DNA of 64,000 nucleotides from Candidatus Omnitrophica bacterium UBA6249 (GCA_002441305.1 DJVT01000003.1:39226-103225), one strand, 5' to 3'. Shown: positions 26,829 to 36,798, counted from the stretch's first letter. Numbers and translations: made by a program. The notes: generated by a model from the sequence alone, not told the origin.

Positions 26829-28224
26829 GGTGCATCCCCTGCCGCCCTGACCGCCTGTTTTTTCTGAAAGAAATATATTTTTTCAACTTATTATCGACCC
26901 TGTCGATAAAGACAAACAGCCAGCCGAGAGGGCCTTTATCAAGAGAATGGAAACGCGTCTTCACATTCTCTATCTCCTCCCCCGTCTCCACGACCAAAAG
27001 AGGCGACTTCTTTACCGAAAGCACCTGGGACGGATAAACACTGCGGTGCCCCGTCATCAGATAGCTTATTACGCATGCTATAGTCGCGTAAGAAGCCACT
27101 TTGGGCCCGAACAATTCTACGGCCATAATACTTGCGGCTATCGGGGTATTTGCCGTGCCTGCCAGGACCGCCACCAGGCCTATGGCCGCGAAAGTAGCCG
27201 GGTCAAGGCCCAGCAATACGGCAAACAGGCTTCCCGCCGTGGCGCCGATGAAGAAGATCGGGGTGACAATCCCGCCGCTCCCCCCGAAATTCAAAGTAAT
27301 GCTTGTAAATACCATCTTCAGTATAAAAGCATACCAGACTATCTTTGCCCCTTGCAGCGAGGCCTGTATCGTATCCAGGCCAAGCCCCAAATACTGCTGC
27401 GAGAAAATGAATACCAATACGATAAGCGCAAGGCCGCCTACCGCGCCCTTCAAAGGCTTGGATATCTTTAAGCGCAAGGCCGCCTTCTCGCCGAGCTTGA
27501 GCATCTCTATTACCATCGCCGAACAGAGCCCGAAAAATATCCCGGCGAGGGTGACTTTTATGAAGAACGTGCCGCTGAAAACGGGTATGAAATTCAAATG
27601 ATGGTGAAAATAAGTGATCCCGAAAGAAGATGATATATGATAGCTGATGATGCCGGCGATAAAAGAAGGAAGCAGGACGTCATAAAGTATGCTCCCGATA
27701 AAAAGCACCTCCACCCCGAAGACGGCTCCCGCGATAGGGGTGCCGAAGACGGAAGCAAAACCCGCGCTTATGCCGCAGATTACCAGTTTCTTGCGGTCCC
27801 TGTTGCCGAATTTGAACAAGTCAGCGAAAATGGAAGACAGGCCGCCGCCTATCTGCGCGCACGGCCCTTCCTTGCCCACCGAGCCTCCTGCGGCGAGGGT
27901 AATAAGGGTAGCGACAAGCTTTACCGGGACCACCGCCGGCTTGATCTTGCCGAAATGCTTATGGATAGCCTCGATGACCTTCTCGGTACCATGCCCCTCC
28001 GCGTCGGGGGCCAGGTATTTCACCGCCGCAGCGCTCAGGAAGAGGGCTGGCGGCAGCAGGAGAAAATAGTAAATATGATTCTTCCCGAACAGGCTGCTCC
28101 AATCCAGGAGTTTCAGGAAAAAAGTGGTGGCAAGCCCGACGATTATCCCGACTATCGTGGCCAGGAAAACCCATTTGACCACGCTAATAAGCAAAATTGT
28201 CTCTTCGGTAAGGCCTCTCTTCAT
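26818..28224 (-). CDS. ClC-family chloride channel / H+-Cl- antiporter
   Basis: Selectivity-filter motifs GSVGKEGP and GFASVFGTPIAG in a multi-TM protein. Confidence 0.9.
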   Translation of the reverse strand: MKRGLTEETILLISVVKWVFLATIVGIIVGLATTFFLKLLDWSSLFGKNHIYYFLLLPPALFLSAAAVKYLAPDAEGHGTEKVIEAIHKHFGKIKPAVVPVKLVATLITLAAGGSVGKEGPCAQIGGGLSSIFADLFKFGNRDRKKLVICGISAGFASVFGTPIAGAVFGVEVLFIGSILYDVLLPSFIAGIISYHISSSFGITYFHHHLNFIPVFSGTFFIKVTLAGIFFGLCSAMVIEMLKLGEKAALRLKISKPLKGAVGGLALIVLVFIFSQQYLGLGLDTIQASLQGAKIVWYAFILKMVFTSITLNFGGSGGIVTPIFFIGATAGSLFAVLLGLDPATFAAIGLVAVLAGTANTPIAASIMAVELFGPKVASYATIACVISYLMTGHRSVYPSQVLSVKKSPLLVVETGEEIENVKTRFHSLDKGPLGWLFVFIDRVDNKLKKYISFRKNRRSGRQGMHHGA

Positions 28225-28296
28225 CTTTTACCAATTCCCGCATCCCCCCCGCTCCGTATCCTGCAGGGCGGGGTGCGCGGATTTCATAAAAAAGTT

Positions 28297-29508
28297 TTAC
28301 AGGTTGACGACATCTTCAGGATGGTACAAGGAAAGGAACAACAGCATATAATCCCTTAAATGACGCGTAATCAAAAAGTTGTTCTTTACATGCTCCCGTC
28401 CGTTTTCGCCCAGTTTCCTGGCGTACTCCGGGCTGCTCAAAAGCTGTTTTACGGCGAAACTCGCCCCTTCCACCGAGTGGCAAAGCAATCCGGAATATTT
28501 ATGCTTTATCTGCAGCGGGATGCCTCCCACATTGGAAGCGACCACCGGCTTTGCTTTCCATAGCGCTTCGGAAACGGTTAAACCAAACCCCTCCTTTATC
28601 GATTTCTGCAGGATCACGTCCGAAGCCCTCTGCAGGGCGTTTACTTCTATATCATTCTGGGGAAGCAGCAAGATATGTATATCCGGGTCATTCTTTGCCT
28701 TTTCCCTCACCTCGCTCAAGACCTGGAAACCCTCCGGGTCGTCATTAGCCGCCCCTCCGGCAAGTATCAACTGGCAGTCTATATATTTTTTTACCTGCAG
28801 GTATGAGTCGATCACCCCCACGGGGTCCTTCAGGCGGTCGAAACGCGATATCTGGGTGATGATCGGCTTATTCTTTTCTATCCCGTATTTCCTTAACACA
28901 AAATCTATCTTCTCCTGCGGCAGCTCCTTGTTCTTATCGCTCAACGGGTCTATGGAGGGGGATATGAGAAACTGCCTGATGGGAATCTTGCGGGAAAAAG
29001 AAGGGGCGGAAAATACCGCCGAATCGTACTGCACGATAAAATTCATGAGAAAATTCCATACCTTTTCGTTGGGATTGGATACATCCACGTGACAGCGCCA
29101 AAGCCATTTGTTGGAGTCCTTCTTCTGAACCAGGGCTATCGGCTGGGGGTCGTGGACAAAGACTATATCTCCGTAAGTATTCACATCCTTTATGTTCTCA
29201 CGGCTGGTATCCATGAATATATCGAAATCCCTCTGGCTGACCTCGCCGGGCCTGCCGTGGAGGGAATTATGGAACTTTTTGGTCACTTCAAAAAACTGCT
29301 CTCCCCCCTTTATCACGTCCCACTTGGTATCCACCTGGAGCTCCCTTAAAAGAGGAACCATGCGGTTGAGTATCTCCGCCACGCCTCCCCCCACGGGCGT
29401 GGAATTTATATGCTGGATAACCTTGCCTTTGAGGCGTTCTCCCAAAAGCCTCAAATCATCCATTACCGCCTGCCCCACTAAAGGTGTATATTCTTCTATC
29501 TTCGCCAT
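28297..29508 (-). CDS. treT: trehalose glycosyltransferring synthase (TreT-like GT4)
   Basis: Blocks recalled from archaeal TreT: NSTPVGGGVAEIL, WLWRCHVD, SPSIDPLSDKN, KPIITQISRFD, DDPEG, NALQRASDVILQKSIKEGFGLTVSEALWKAKPV. Confidence 0.8.
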   Translation of the reverse strand: MAKIEEYTPLVGQAVMDDLRLLGERLKGKVIQHINSTPVGGGVAEILNRMVPLLRELQVDTKWDVIKGGEQFFEVTKKFHNSLHGRPGEVSQRDFDIFMDTSRENIKDVNTYGDIVFVHDPQPIALVQKKDSNKWLWRCHVDVSNPNEKVWNFLMNFIVQYDSAVFSAPSFSRKIPIRQFLISPSIDPLSDKNKELPQEKIDFVLRKYGIEKNKPIITQISRFDRLKDPVGVIDSYLQVKKYIDCQLILAGGAANDDPEGFQVLSEVREKAKNDPDIHILLLPQNDIEVNALQRASDVILQKSIKEGFGLTVSEALWKAKPVVASNVGGIPLQIKHKYSGLLCHSVEGASFAVKQLLSSPEYARKLGENGREHVKNNFLITRHLRDYMLLFLSLYHPEDVVNL

Positions 29509-30180
29509 TTAAACCGAGATCCTCTTTTCCACTATCCTTATAATCATATTCCTTAGGTCCTCAAGAGTCCGGGTATAAGGGTCAAAACCTGAAATCCTGT
29601 CCGCCAGCTCTTTATCCCCCAGGGAATTCTCTATCCAATAGGAGAAATCGTTGGTCGGTTTTTCAAGGCGCAGGCGCGCCTCGAAGATATGAAAATATAT
29701 GGACTCGATAGTGATTTTTTTCAATACCTGCGAGAATTCCTTAAGGTCGTAAACCACGTAGCTGGTGGGAATTATGAAACTCACCGATTTTATGAAATGG
29801 AACTCTTCGCCCGTCCCCGCGAACCTCATCTTGGCCAAAGGGTTATCCTTCAGGTAATTCTCTATAGTCGAGGCGATCTTATCGCGCAGCTGGCGTATAG
29901 TCGAATACTGCATGATATCTATGCTTACCAGCCTTTCCCCAAGCTCATCCTCCCCGAGGACCCCGGTTATCCAATAGGCAAAATCATTTGGGGGCTCGGG
30001 AGAGAGGAACTGGTGCTGCTGAAGGAACCTGTGCGTATGGTGATAGATACATGCCCCCGGGACCTCCTTGATAAGGTCAAGCAGCTGCCCCAGGGTAGTG
30101 GCGCGCAATCCGGTAAGCTCGGAAAGATGAAGCCTGGTGGAAAACCTGAAAGGCTGGCTGGCTTTTGTCAATTCACTCAT
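29509..30180 (-). CDS. hypothetical protein made of two homologous ~110-aa repeats
   Basis: Internal duplication seen by eye: CIYHHTHRFL...PNDFAYWITGVLGEDELGERL...IRQLRDKIASTIENYL versus SIYFHIFEARL...PTNDFSYWIENSLGDKELADRI...LEDLRNMIIRIVEKRI. Confidence 0.5.
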   Translation of the reverse strand: MSELTKASQPFRFSTRLHLSELTGLRATTLGQLLDLIKEVPGACIYHHTHRFLQQHQFLSPEPPNDFAYWITGVLGEDELGERLVSIDIMQYSTIRQLRDKIASTIENYLKDNPLAKMRFAGTGEEFHFIKSVSFIIPTSYVVYDLKEFSQVLKKITIESIYFHIFEARLRLEKPTNDFSYWIENSLGDKELADRISGFDPYTRTLEDLRNMIIRIVEKRISV

Positions 30181-30986
30181 CGCAACTCCCCGTAAATCCT
30201 CCTTAAGAATTCAACAACCTCGCTCTGGTTCTTCAGGTAATAATCGGCGCAGAGCCTCTTATTCCTTCCCACGGAAACAGTGATCCCCTTTCCTTTCAAC
30301 GCCCTGAAAGCGTCCCTGTCGGTCACATCATCCCCCAGGTAAAAAGGAAAGATATTCCTGCCTCCCGGCAGGCGCGTCTGCCTGCGCAGGATCCAGGATA
30401 CCGCGCTGCCCTTATCCCAATCAACCGCCGGCCTTAACTCCAGGACCATCTTCCCCGGCCTGACCCTGACCTTTCTGCAGGACAAAAAAGAAGCCACCGC
30501 GGCGTAAAAAGCGGACCTCAGGCCCGGCACGCTTTTCTTATCCGCCAGGCGGTAATGCAGGCTGAGAGAAAGCCCCTTGTCCTCGACAAATGCCCCCGGG
30601 ACGGAAGAAGCCTTCCTTTTCAGGATATTGCTTATCTTCTTTACCGCCTCATGATACCCCAACGGCAGGGAAACGGTAAAATTTATCCTCTTGCCGCGTA
30701 TCTCCAGGCCATGGTTACCGGAATAAACCACGCCTCTTAGCCCCACCCTCCTGCGCACGTCCTTCAACGATCTGCCGCTGATAAAAGCCACATCCGCCTG
30801 CGGGCTGCGCGCCAGCTTGCTTAACAAGGCCGCGCTTTCATCCGGCAAGACGACCTTATCCGGGGTCCTGGCGATAGGCACGACCGTGCCGTCAAAATCC
30901 AAGAACAGCAGCAGGCGCCTGCCCTTAAACTTTTTCCTAACGGTCTCCCACTCTTTAAAAAGATATTTCATGCGCGAACCGCTCAA
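30177..30986 (-). CDS. otsB: trehalose-6-phosphate phosphatase
   Basis: HAD motif I FLDFDGTVVPI and motif IV YLGDDVTDRDAF. Its stop and start overlap the neighbouring genes. Confidence 0.85.
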   Translation of the reverse strand: MSGSRMKYLFKEWETVRKKFKGRRLLLFLDFDGTVVPIARTPDKVVLPDESAALLSKLARSPQADVAFISGRSLKDVRRRVGLRGVVYSGNHGLEIRGKRINFTVSLPLGYHEAVKKISNILKRKASSVPGAFVEDKGLSLSLHYRLADKKSVPGLRSAFYAAVASFLSCRKVRVRPGKMVLELRPAVDWDKGSAVSWILRRQTRLPGGRNIFPFYLGDDVTDRDAFRALKGKGITVSVGRNKRLCADYYLKNQSEVVEFLRRIYGELR

Positions 30987-33223
30987 GTCTTTTTCAAGGC
31001 GGTCAGCTCCGTAATGATATTCCCCGCCCAGCGGTAAACGTTGTTTTCCGCGATAATCCTGCGCATATTCTCCATCCGCTTCTTTTTCTCCTCGATAGGC
31101 ATCTCTATGGCCATCTTGATTGCGTCGGAGAACTCCTCGATGGAATAAGGATTGACCAGTACGGCATCCTCGGAGAACTCGCGTGAGGCCCCGGTAAACT
31201 GGCTGAGCACAAGGCTGCCGGACAAATTGCTCTTTTCCACCACATATTCCTTGGCTACAAGGTTCATGCCGTCATGCAGAGAACTGACGATGCAGATGTC
31301 GGCCAGCCTGTAATACGGGTATATATCATTCTGCGAGAAGTGTTTTCTGAGGTAAACCACCGGTTTCCAGTTCCCGTCCACGTGCTTCCAGTTTATCTTC
31401 TCGACCAATTCATCTATCTCTCCGATCAGGTCATGGTAACGCTTGATATGCGTGCGGCTCGGCGCGGCAAGCTGGATAAAAACGAATTTTTTCTTGTACT
31501 CCGGGTATTTCTCCAGGAACCTGTCTATGGCCAGCAACCTTTCGGCTATCCCCTTGGTATAATCTATCCTGTCCACCCCCACGCCGACTATCTTGCCTTC
31601 CAGGCTGAACTCTTTCTTGAGTTTTTCCATCCTGCCCGGCAGGTCCTCCTTCGCAGGGTTATCCTTCCTATGCGCGTCTATACTTATAGGAAAAGACCGG
31701 ACAAAGGTCTCTTTGCCCGAACGCACCACGCTGAATTTCTCCGTATCCACGCGCGACTCAAGCAGCCTGTTTGCGGTATCCAGGAAATTATTGCAGTGGT
31801 TCTGCACATGAAAACCGATCAAATCGCACCCCAGCATGCCCTCGAGTATTTCGTTCTGGTAAGGGCAGATCATGAAAGCCTCGGGGGTCGGCCAGGGAAT
31901 ATGCCAAAACAAGGCTATTTTCGCGTCGGGGCGTTTATCCTTGATCATCTTGGGGAGGAGGGTAAAATGATAATCCTGCACGAATATGAACGGGCTGCTC
32001 GCCGGGAGCTCTTCCAGCACGCTGTCGGCGAACTTCTGGTTTACCTCCTTATACATAAGCCAATCCGATTCTTTAAATACCGGACGGGTGTGCGTATTAT
32101 GGCATAACGCCCACAGGCCTTCATTCGAAAATCCGTAATAATACCCCTCCTGCTCATCCTTGTTCAACCATACCCTTTTAAGTATATAACGGTTGTCTTC
32201 CGGGGGGACGCCGAGTTTGTCCTTGGAATTGACGAATTGCCTGTCCAGGTCGCCGCTGCCATTGGCAATCCAGGTCCCTCCGCAGGCCGCCAGGATCGGA
32301 TGTATCGCGGTAACCACCCCGCTGGCCGGCCTTATGCATACCGCGTTCCCGGAATCTTCATCGAGGACATGCATATACGGCTCCCTGTTGGAAACCACGA
32401 ACAGCGAATTATCCCCCAGCTTGGCATGGATAAGATCTTTTAATTTCGCCTCAGTCCATATCTCGGCTTTTTGCATCCGCGCATGCGCCTCGTCAGATAT
32501 GGTACGGCGGGCAACCCTGATACTCAAAGCAACCTGCTCCACTTCGCTGATCAGCTTTCCGAATTCCCCTTTTTCCACGAACGGCCGCAGCTTGTCTATC
32601 TCCCCTCTCTGGAAATGTTTGAACCACTGGGTCAGCCTGCGCACAGGCATAACGAATATCTGCCTTTGAATAAGCAGCGCGACCATCAGTATGAGGAGAA
32701 TAAGGCTTACCGAGATAACGCTTATCCTTTTCCAAAGCTCCGCCAGGGTGGTAAACATATACGAAGTATCATAAGCAACCTCCACCATGCCCAAGATTTC
32801 TCCGTTATCGTCCAAAACAGGAAGTATATAACTGTAAACGGAGTATTCATTGAGCTTCTCCAATACGCCCAGCGGCTGTTTTGACTTCAGGATATCATTG
32901 AGGTAAGGCCTGCTCCTGTCTTTTAAATCGGAAAGTCTCTCGGTAATAGCCAGGATTTTGCCGTCCTTGTCGTAAATAACGCATCCCTGCAGCCTCTCTC
33001 TTTTTTGGAAACTGTCCACAAGGCGGTTGGCCTGTTTCAGGTCCCCGTTTACAAGGATATATTTGGCAGACAGCTCCATGCTTTCGTCCACCGCCCTGGC
33101 CTTCCTTTTCAGGTCATCCATGAGCTTGTCTTCCGTAAAACGGGCCTGCATAATGCCGAAAAAGGCAAGGCCTAAGGTGACTATAATCAAGATAGGCAGA
33201 ATAAATAACAGGACCCTCTTCAT
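30983..33223 (-). CDS. otsA: trehalose-6-phosphate synthase (GT20) fused to an N-terminal TM-periplasmic-TM-HAMP-like sensor module
   Basis: The C-terminal ~480 aa are GT20 (FVVSNREPY, VQDYHFTLLP, LSQFTGASREF). The N-terminus has TM1 (LLFILPILIIVTLGLAFFGI), a ~140-aa extracytoplasmic segment, TM2 (VISVSLILLILMVALLI) and a HAMP-like linker. Confidence 0.85.
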   Translation of the reverse strand: MKRVLLFILPILIIVTLGLAFFGIMQARFTEDKLMDDLKRKARAVDESMELSAKYILVNGDLKQANRLVDSFQKRERLQGCVIYDKDGKILAITERLSDLKDRSRPYLNDILKSKQPLGVLEKLNEYSVYSYILPVLDDNGEILGMVEVAYDTSYMFTTLAELWKRISVISVSLILLILMVALLIQRQIFVMPVRRLTQWFKHFQRGEIDKLRPFVEKGEFGKLISEVEQVALSIRVARRTISDEAHARMQKAEIWTEAKLKDLIHAKLGDNSLFVVSNREPYMHVLDEDSGNAVCIRPASGVVTAIHPILAACGGTWIANGSGDLDRQFVNSKDKLGVPPEDNRYILKRVWLNKDEQEGYYYGFSNEGLWALCHNTHTRPVFKESDWLMYKEVNQKFADSVLEELPASSPFIFVQDYHFTLLPKMIKDKRPDAKIALFWHIPWPTPEAFMICPYQNEILEGMLGCDLIGFHVQNHCNNFLDTANRLLESRVDTEKFSVVRSGKETFVRSFPISIDAHRKDNPAKEDLPGRMEKLKKEFSLEGKIVGVGVDRIDYTKGIAERLLAIDRFLEKYPEYKKKFVFIQLAAPSRTHIKRYHDLIGEIDELVEKINWKHVDGNWKPVVYLRKHFSQNDIYPYYRLADICIVSSLHDGMNLVAKEYVVEKSNLSGSLVLSQFTGASREFSEDAVLVNPYSIEEFSDAIKMAIEMPIEEKKKRMENMRRIIAENNVYRWAGNIITELTALKKT

Positions 33224-34260
33224 CCCTGTTTCTCCTGTTCGTAATTTATCGCCCGGATTGGATAGGGAATAACGATACCTTCGCGGGCGTAACGTTTGTG
33301 CAGCCTTTTAATGAATTCGTGTTTTATCAAATACTGGTCTACGAACTCTTTGACTCTGAGAATAACCGAAAAGTTTATACTGGAGTCGCTGAAAGAACCG
33401 TAGCGGATAAAAGGTTCGAATTCCGCCACTCCCCCGGGCACCTGGCTCAGGGTCTCCTTGGCCGTCTCGCAAGTCACTTTCTCCACCTTCTCCAGGTCGC
33501 TGCCGTAGTGCACCCCGAGATCGACTAAAACCGACATCTCCTTCTCCGGAAGATGATAATTAGTCACTATCGCCTTGGTCAATTTCTCGTTGGGGACCAG
33601 GATGATATTATTCGACAGCATCCTTATCTTGGTGGTGCGCCAAGTAATATCCCTGACATACCCCTCTTCCCCGCTGTCCAGCCTCACGTACTCCCCTACC
33701 TTAATCTGCTTTGTGGCGATAATGTAGAACCCGGAGAAGATATTGGATAGGGTATCCTGCAAGGCCAGGGCCACGGCAATGCCGCCGATGCCCAGGGTAG
33801 CCATAACCGGGGCTATGGAAATACCCAGGCTGTTAAAGATCACCAGGATACCGATTGTGAATATGATTATCTTGCTGATATTCTGGGTAAGCGACGTTAC
33901 CGGAAGGGCGGTCTCTACCTTGCTGGAATATACCTTGATCAGTTTAACCGATATGTTAGCCAATGCCACAGTAACGGAAAATATGCCCAGGACAAGGAGC
34001 AGCTTCCCGGTTATGCGCGAAACATCGTCCGGTACCCTCAAATACCGGAGCACCAGATAAATACCCAGCATCAAAGACCAGATTATGAACGGCCCGCCTA
34101 AGGATTCGGCAATTACATCGTCAATATGCGTCTTTGTGTTCTTTGACCAGCGGGCGGCCCCGGCAAAGATGATTTTCCGTATCAACAGGCCGCACAACAG
34201 GCTCAAAAGGAGTATCCCTGCGGGTATTACAAAAACACCTAAGTTGTTGATATTCAACAT
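33220..34260 (-). CDS. MscS-family mechanosensitive channel
   Basis: TM helices followed by the MscS beta domain (VGEYVRLDSGEEGYVRDITWRTTKIRMLSNNIILVPN). Start set at the ATG with AGGTGG upstream; the track ORF begins at a TTG at 34293. Confidence 0.85.
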   Translation of the reverse strand: MLNINNLGVFVIPAGILLLSLLCGLLIRKIIFAGAARWSKNTKTHIDDVIAESLGGPFIIWSLMLGIYLVLRYLRVPDDVSRITGKLLLVLGIFSVTVALANISVKLIKVYSSKVETALPVTSLTQNISKIIIFTIGILVIFNSLGISIAPVMATLGIGGIAVALALQDTLSNIFSGFYIIATKQIKVGEYVRLDSGEEGYVRDITWRTTKIRMLSNNIILVPNEKLTKAIVTNYHLPEKEMSVLVDLGVHYGSDLEKVEKVTCETAKETLSQVPGGVAEFEPFIRYGSFSDSSINFSVILRVKEFVDQYLIKHEFIKRLHKRYAREGIVIPYPIRAINYEQEKQG

Positions 34261-34307
34261 GGAATAGCCGTCCACCTTGCCCCCTTTTCTCAAACCACTG
34301 ACTTTTT

Positions 34308-34335
34308 ATTATACTACTTTCGGCTGATTGCTCAA
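34308..34335 (-). promoter_or_regulatory. candidate promoter of the MscS-trehalose operon
   Basis: On the minus strand, TTGAGC (34330-34335) is separated by 16 nt from TATAAT (34308-34313). Confidence 0.4.
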
Positions 34336-34346
34336 GAGGTATCTTT

Positions 34347-35579
34347 TCAGCGGGAGAAGAATCTGAAATTAGTCCAATACTCCACCCCGGGTTTGAATCT
34401 GGAAAGACCGGCTTCCTGGCGGACTTTGAAGAATAATATGGCAAGAAATAAAACAAGCACCGGGATAATCAGGAAGAATTTCTTAAACAAAGGGCCTCTT
34501 TTTTTCAGGCCGATCACGCACGGGAAAACCCCAAACAGGATCACCACCCCCACCCCTCCCACGAAATCAAGCGCGTTCAGGAATATATTCGGATAAACCA
34601 GGGCGATAACAAGCGGGGGGAGGAAAGAAAGAGCAATAACCATCCATCTGTTCTTTACCTTAAAATGATTGGTCATTATATCGTTTACAAAGTCTATAGT
34701 AGTGTTCCCGAAGGAAATGTACGAAGTGACAATCGCCACGAGCGCGAAGACGATCGAGACCGGGGTAAACAAATGGATATTTATCGCCTTGGCAAGCGGG
34801 ACGGTAGCCGGGAGGTTGTTATCCAGCGCATAGGTTATACTGCCCTCCCCCGACAGGGGAAGGACGCCGATGCCCGTCTGGATCCATATCGAATTCATGA
34901 TAAGACCCACGACCGTACCGGCAAGGATGGATACGGTTATCTCCCTGAAATTCCAGTTCAACTGCTTGCATACCGTGGGTATAATGCTGTGGAAATTGGC
35001 TGCCATCACGATTATCGGCAGGGCAGCCGGCAGCATGGGCCAATCTGCCCGCACGAGCCTCTGCGGAAGCACGCACCTCTCCCCCATGGCCACCAGCCCG
35101 ACGAAAGCAACCAGCAGCAAAAGCACAAAGAAAGTATTGAACTTAAGAAGCGACCTGGGGTTGATTATGGTCAGCGCGGTAACCGGGATAAAAAACAACA
35201 ATATCACTATCTCCCTCGAAAGGGGAATGCGGGAGAAATCCAGGATGATCGCGGTAGCCCCGGTAACATAAACCAGCAGGGAGCCGTAAAGTATAACCAG
35301 GTTGGCCACGGTCGCCGCCCATTTTCCGAAAGGTCCGAAATACTGCCGGTACATGCTCGGATAATGGAATACCTCCTGGTGCGTGGAGACCGATTCCCCG
35401 GCAAGCACCATCGCAGTAAAGAACATGGCGCAGCCCACCAAAACTATTCCCGTGACCGAGGGGATAAAACCCGCCAAACCCGTCTTTATGGGAAGGCCGA
35501 GTATGCCGGCCCCGATGAGGTTGCCGGTGATAAAACAGGTCACCATAAGAATAAGCGAAAAAGGCGATTTCTTATTCAT
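34347..35579 (-). CDS. aromatic amino-acid (Trp/Tyr) permease family transporter
   Basis: The N-terminus FITGNLIGAGILGLPIKTGLAGF is typical of the Trp/Tyr permease (HAAAP) family, with ~11 TM. Confidence 0.75.
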   Translation of the reverse strand: MNKKSPFSLILMVTCFITGNLIGAGILGLPIKTGLAGFIPSVTGIVLVGCAMFFTAMVLAGESVSTHQEVFHYPSMYRQYFGPFGKWAATVANLVILYGSLLVYVTGATAIILDFSRIPLSREIVILLFFIPVTALTIINPRSLLKFNTFFVLLLLVAFVGLVAMGERCVLPQRLVRADWPMLPAALPIIVMAANFHSIIPTVCKQLNWNFREITVSILAGTVVGLIMNSIWIQTGIGVLPLSGEGSITYALDNNLPATVPLAKAINIHLFTPVSIVFALVAIVTSYISFGNTTIDFVNDIMTNHFKVKNRWMVIALSFLPPLVIALVYPNIFLNALDFVGGVGVVILFGVFPCVIGLKKRGPLFKKFFLIIPVLVLFLAILFFKVRQEAGLSRFKPGVEYWTNFRFFSR

Positions 35580-35602
35580 TCAAGTATTTCCGCAATGCAG
35601 CT

Positions 35603-36400
35603 CTATCCGCGTAGAGCGTAATAATAACCGTCTTTTTTCTTGATCTCCACCGGAGTGTTAAAAAGACGGCTGATATTGTTTTTTGTCAGGATAAGGCCTT
35701 TGGATCCGTCCCGGTATATCCTGCCAGATTTCATCAGGATGACCCTGTTTATCTCGGGTATGATATCCGGAAGGTTCTGGGTGACCAGTATTATGCTGAT
35801 CCCTGACTTGGCTATCTTGCGCATGATATTGGTGAATTTATAAAAGGAGTGCAAATCGAGGCTGACAGTAGGTTCATCGAGGATCAGGGCCTTGGGGTCA
35901 TGCACCAGGGCGCGGCCGATAAGGAAACGCCTGGCTTCCCCCGAAGACATCTCGTTCATCTTCCTGTCCTTGAGATGGCCTACCTCGAGGAAATCGATGA
36001 CCTCCCCGGCCTTCTTTTTCATCCTGGCGCCGATACGTTCATTATACAAGCCTATGCTGCTGAAAAACCCGGAAAGCACCATCTCCATGCCGGTTATCTC
36101 CCTCGTGCAGTTATACTGCAGGTCATTGGAGACCACGCCGAGCAGGAAGCGCAGGTCGAAAATATTCCATCTCTCGCGGCCCCATATCCTGAATAAACAA
36201 TCCTTCCCGGGAAAAGGATAATACTCCCTGGTAATGGACTTGATAAAAGACGATTTCCCCGCGCCGTTCGGGCCCAATATGGCCACGTTCTCGCCTTCCC
36301 AGATATTGACCGACAGGCGGTCGAGGATCTTCTTGTTCCGCCCTTTCACGACGGTAAGATTCTTGAATTCCAAAAGAGGAAAAAGCGCTTTGTTCTTCAT
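35603..36400 (-). CDS. orphan ABC ATPase (ModF/YlmA-like)
   Basis: Start trimmed to MKNKALFPLLEF. Walker A GPNGAGKSS, signature MSSGEARR, Walker B LILDEPTVSLD. No cognate permease is adjacent. Confidence 0.8.
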   Translation of the reverse strand: MKNKALFPLLEFKNLTVVKGRNKKILDRLSVNIWEGENVAILGPNGAGKSSFIKSITREYYPFPGKDCLFRIWGRERWNIFDLRFLLGVVSNDLQYNCTREITGMEMVLSGFFSSIGLYNERIGARMKKKAGEVIDFLEVGHLKDRKMNEMSSGEARRFLIGRALVHDPKALILDEPTVSLDLHSFYKFTNIMRKIAKSGISIILVTQNLPDIIPEINRVILMKSGRIYRDGSKGLILTKNNISRLFNTPVEIKKKDGYYYALRG

Positions 36401-36401
36401 T

Positions 36402-36782
36402 CTACTTAAAATAAGCCAGCGACTGGACGCGGGCAACCTCCTCGCCGCTGCGGTTGGTCACATCTATTTGGTAAGTGCCGAGTTTCCGGCTGCGCGAAAC
36501 CAGGCCCGCCTCCGCAAATAATTCCTCCCCCGCTGCGCAGGCCTTGATGAAATTTATGCTCGAGTTTACCGCGAGCCCGGAATCCTCCCCGGCGTTGGAA
36601 GCCAGGGCAAAGGCGTAATCCGCCAGGGAAAACAATATGCCCCCATGCACAAGACCCGCACCGTTCAAAAAGTGGGGCTGGACAACAAGCTTCACCTTCG
36701 CATGCCCTTCCGAACAGGAAAGCACCTCGATCCCGAGATGCTGTGCAAACTTATCTTTCAACGCGGAATTTTCAGAAGACAT
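36402..36782 (-). CDS. PaaI-type hotdog-fold thioesterase
   Basis: 126 aa with GLVHGGILFSLADYAFA. Confidence 0.8.
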   Translation of the reverse strand: MSSENSALKDKFAQHLGIEVLSCSEGHAKVKLVVQPHFLNGAGLVHGGILFSLADYAFALASNAGEDSGLAVNSSINFIKACAAGEELFAEAGLVSRSRKLGTYQIDVTNRSGEEVARVQSLAYFK

Positions 36783-36798
36783 CTCCCCTCCTTAACGG

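Noticed and set aside
28225-28296. A G+C-rich imperfect hairpin between treT and the ClC gene, considered as a terminator.
   Set aside because: The stem arms (CCGCGCACCCCGC / GCGGGGGGGATGCGG) pair only partially, and no U-tract follows on the minus strand.
34665-35621. Long plus-strand ORFs, for example 34665-35621 (318 aa), 44214-45332 (372 aa), 5040-5762, 51260-52093 and 27637-28359.
   Set aside because: Each lies antisense to and entirely within a minus-strand gene with clear family motifs. Their translations are low-complexity and rich in R/G/H/P/Q with no recognisable domains, and they lack RBS context. These are typical shadow ORFs.
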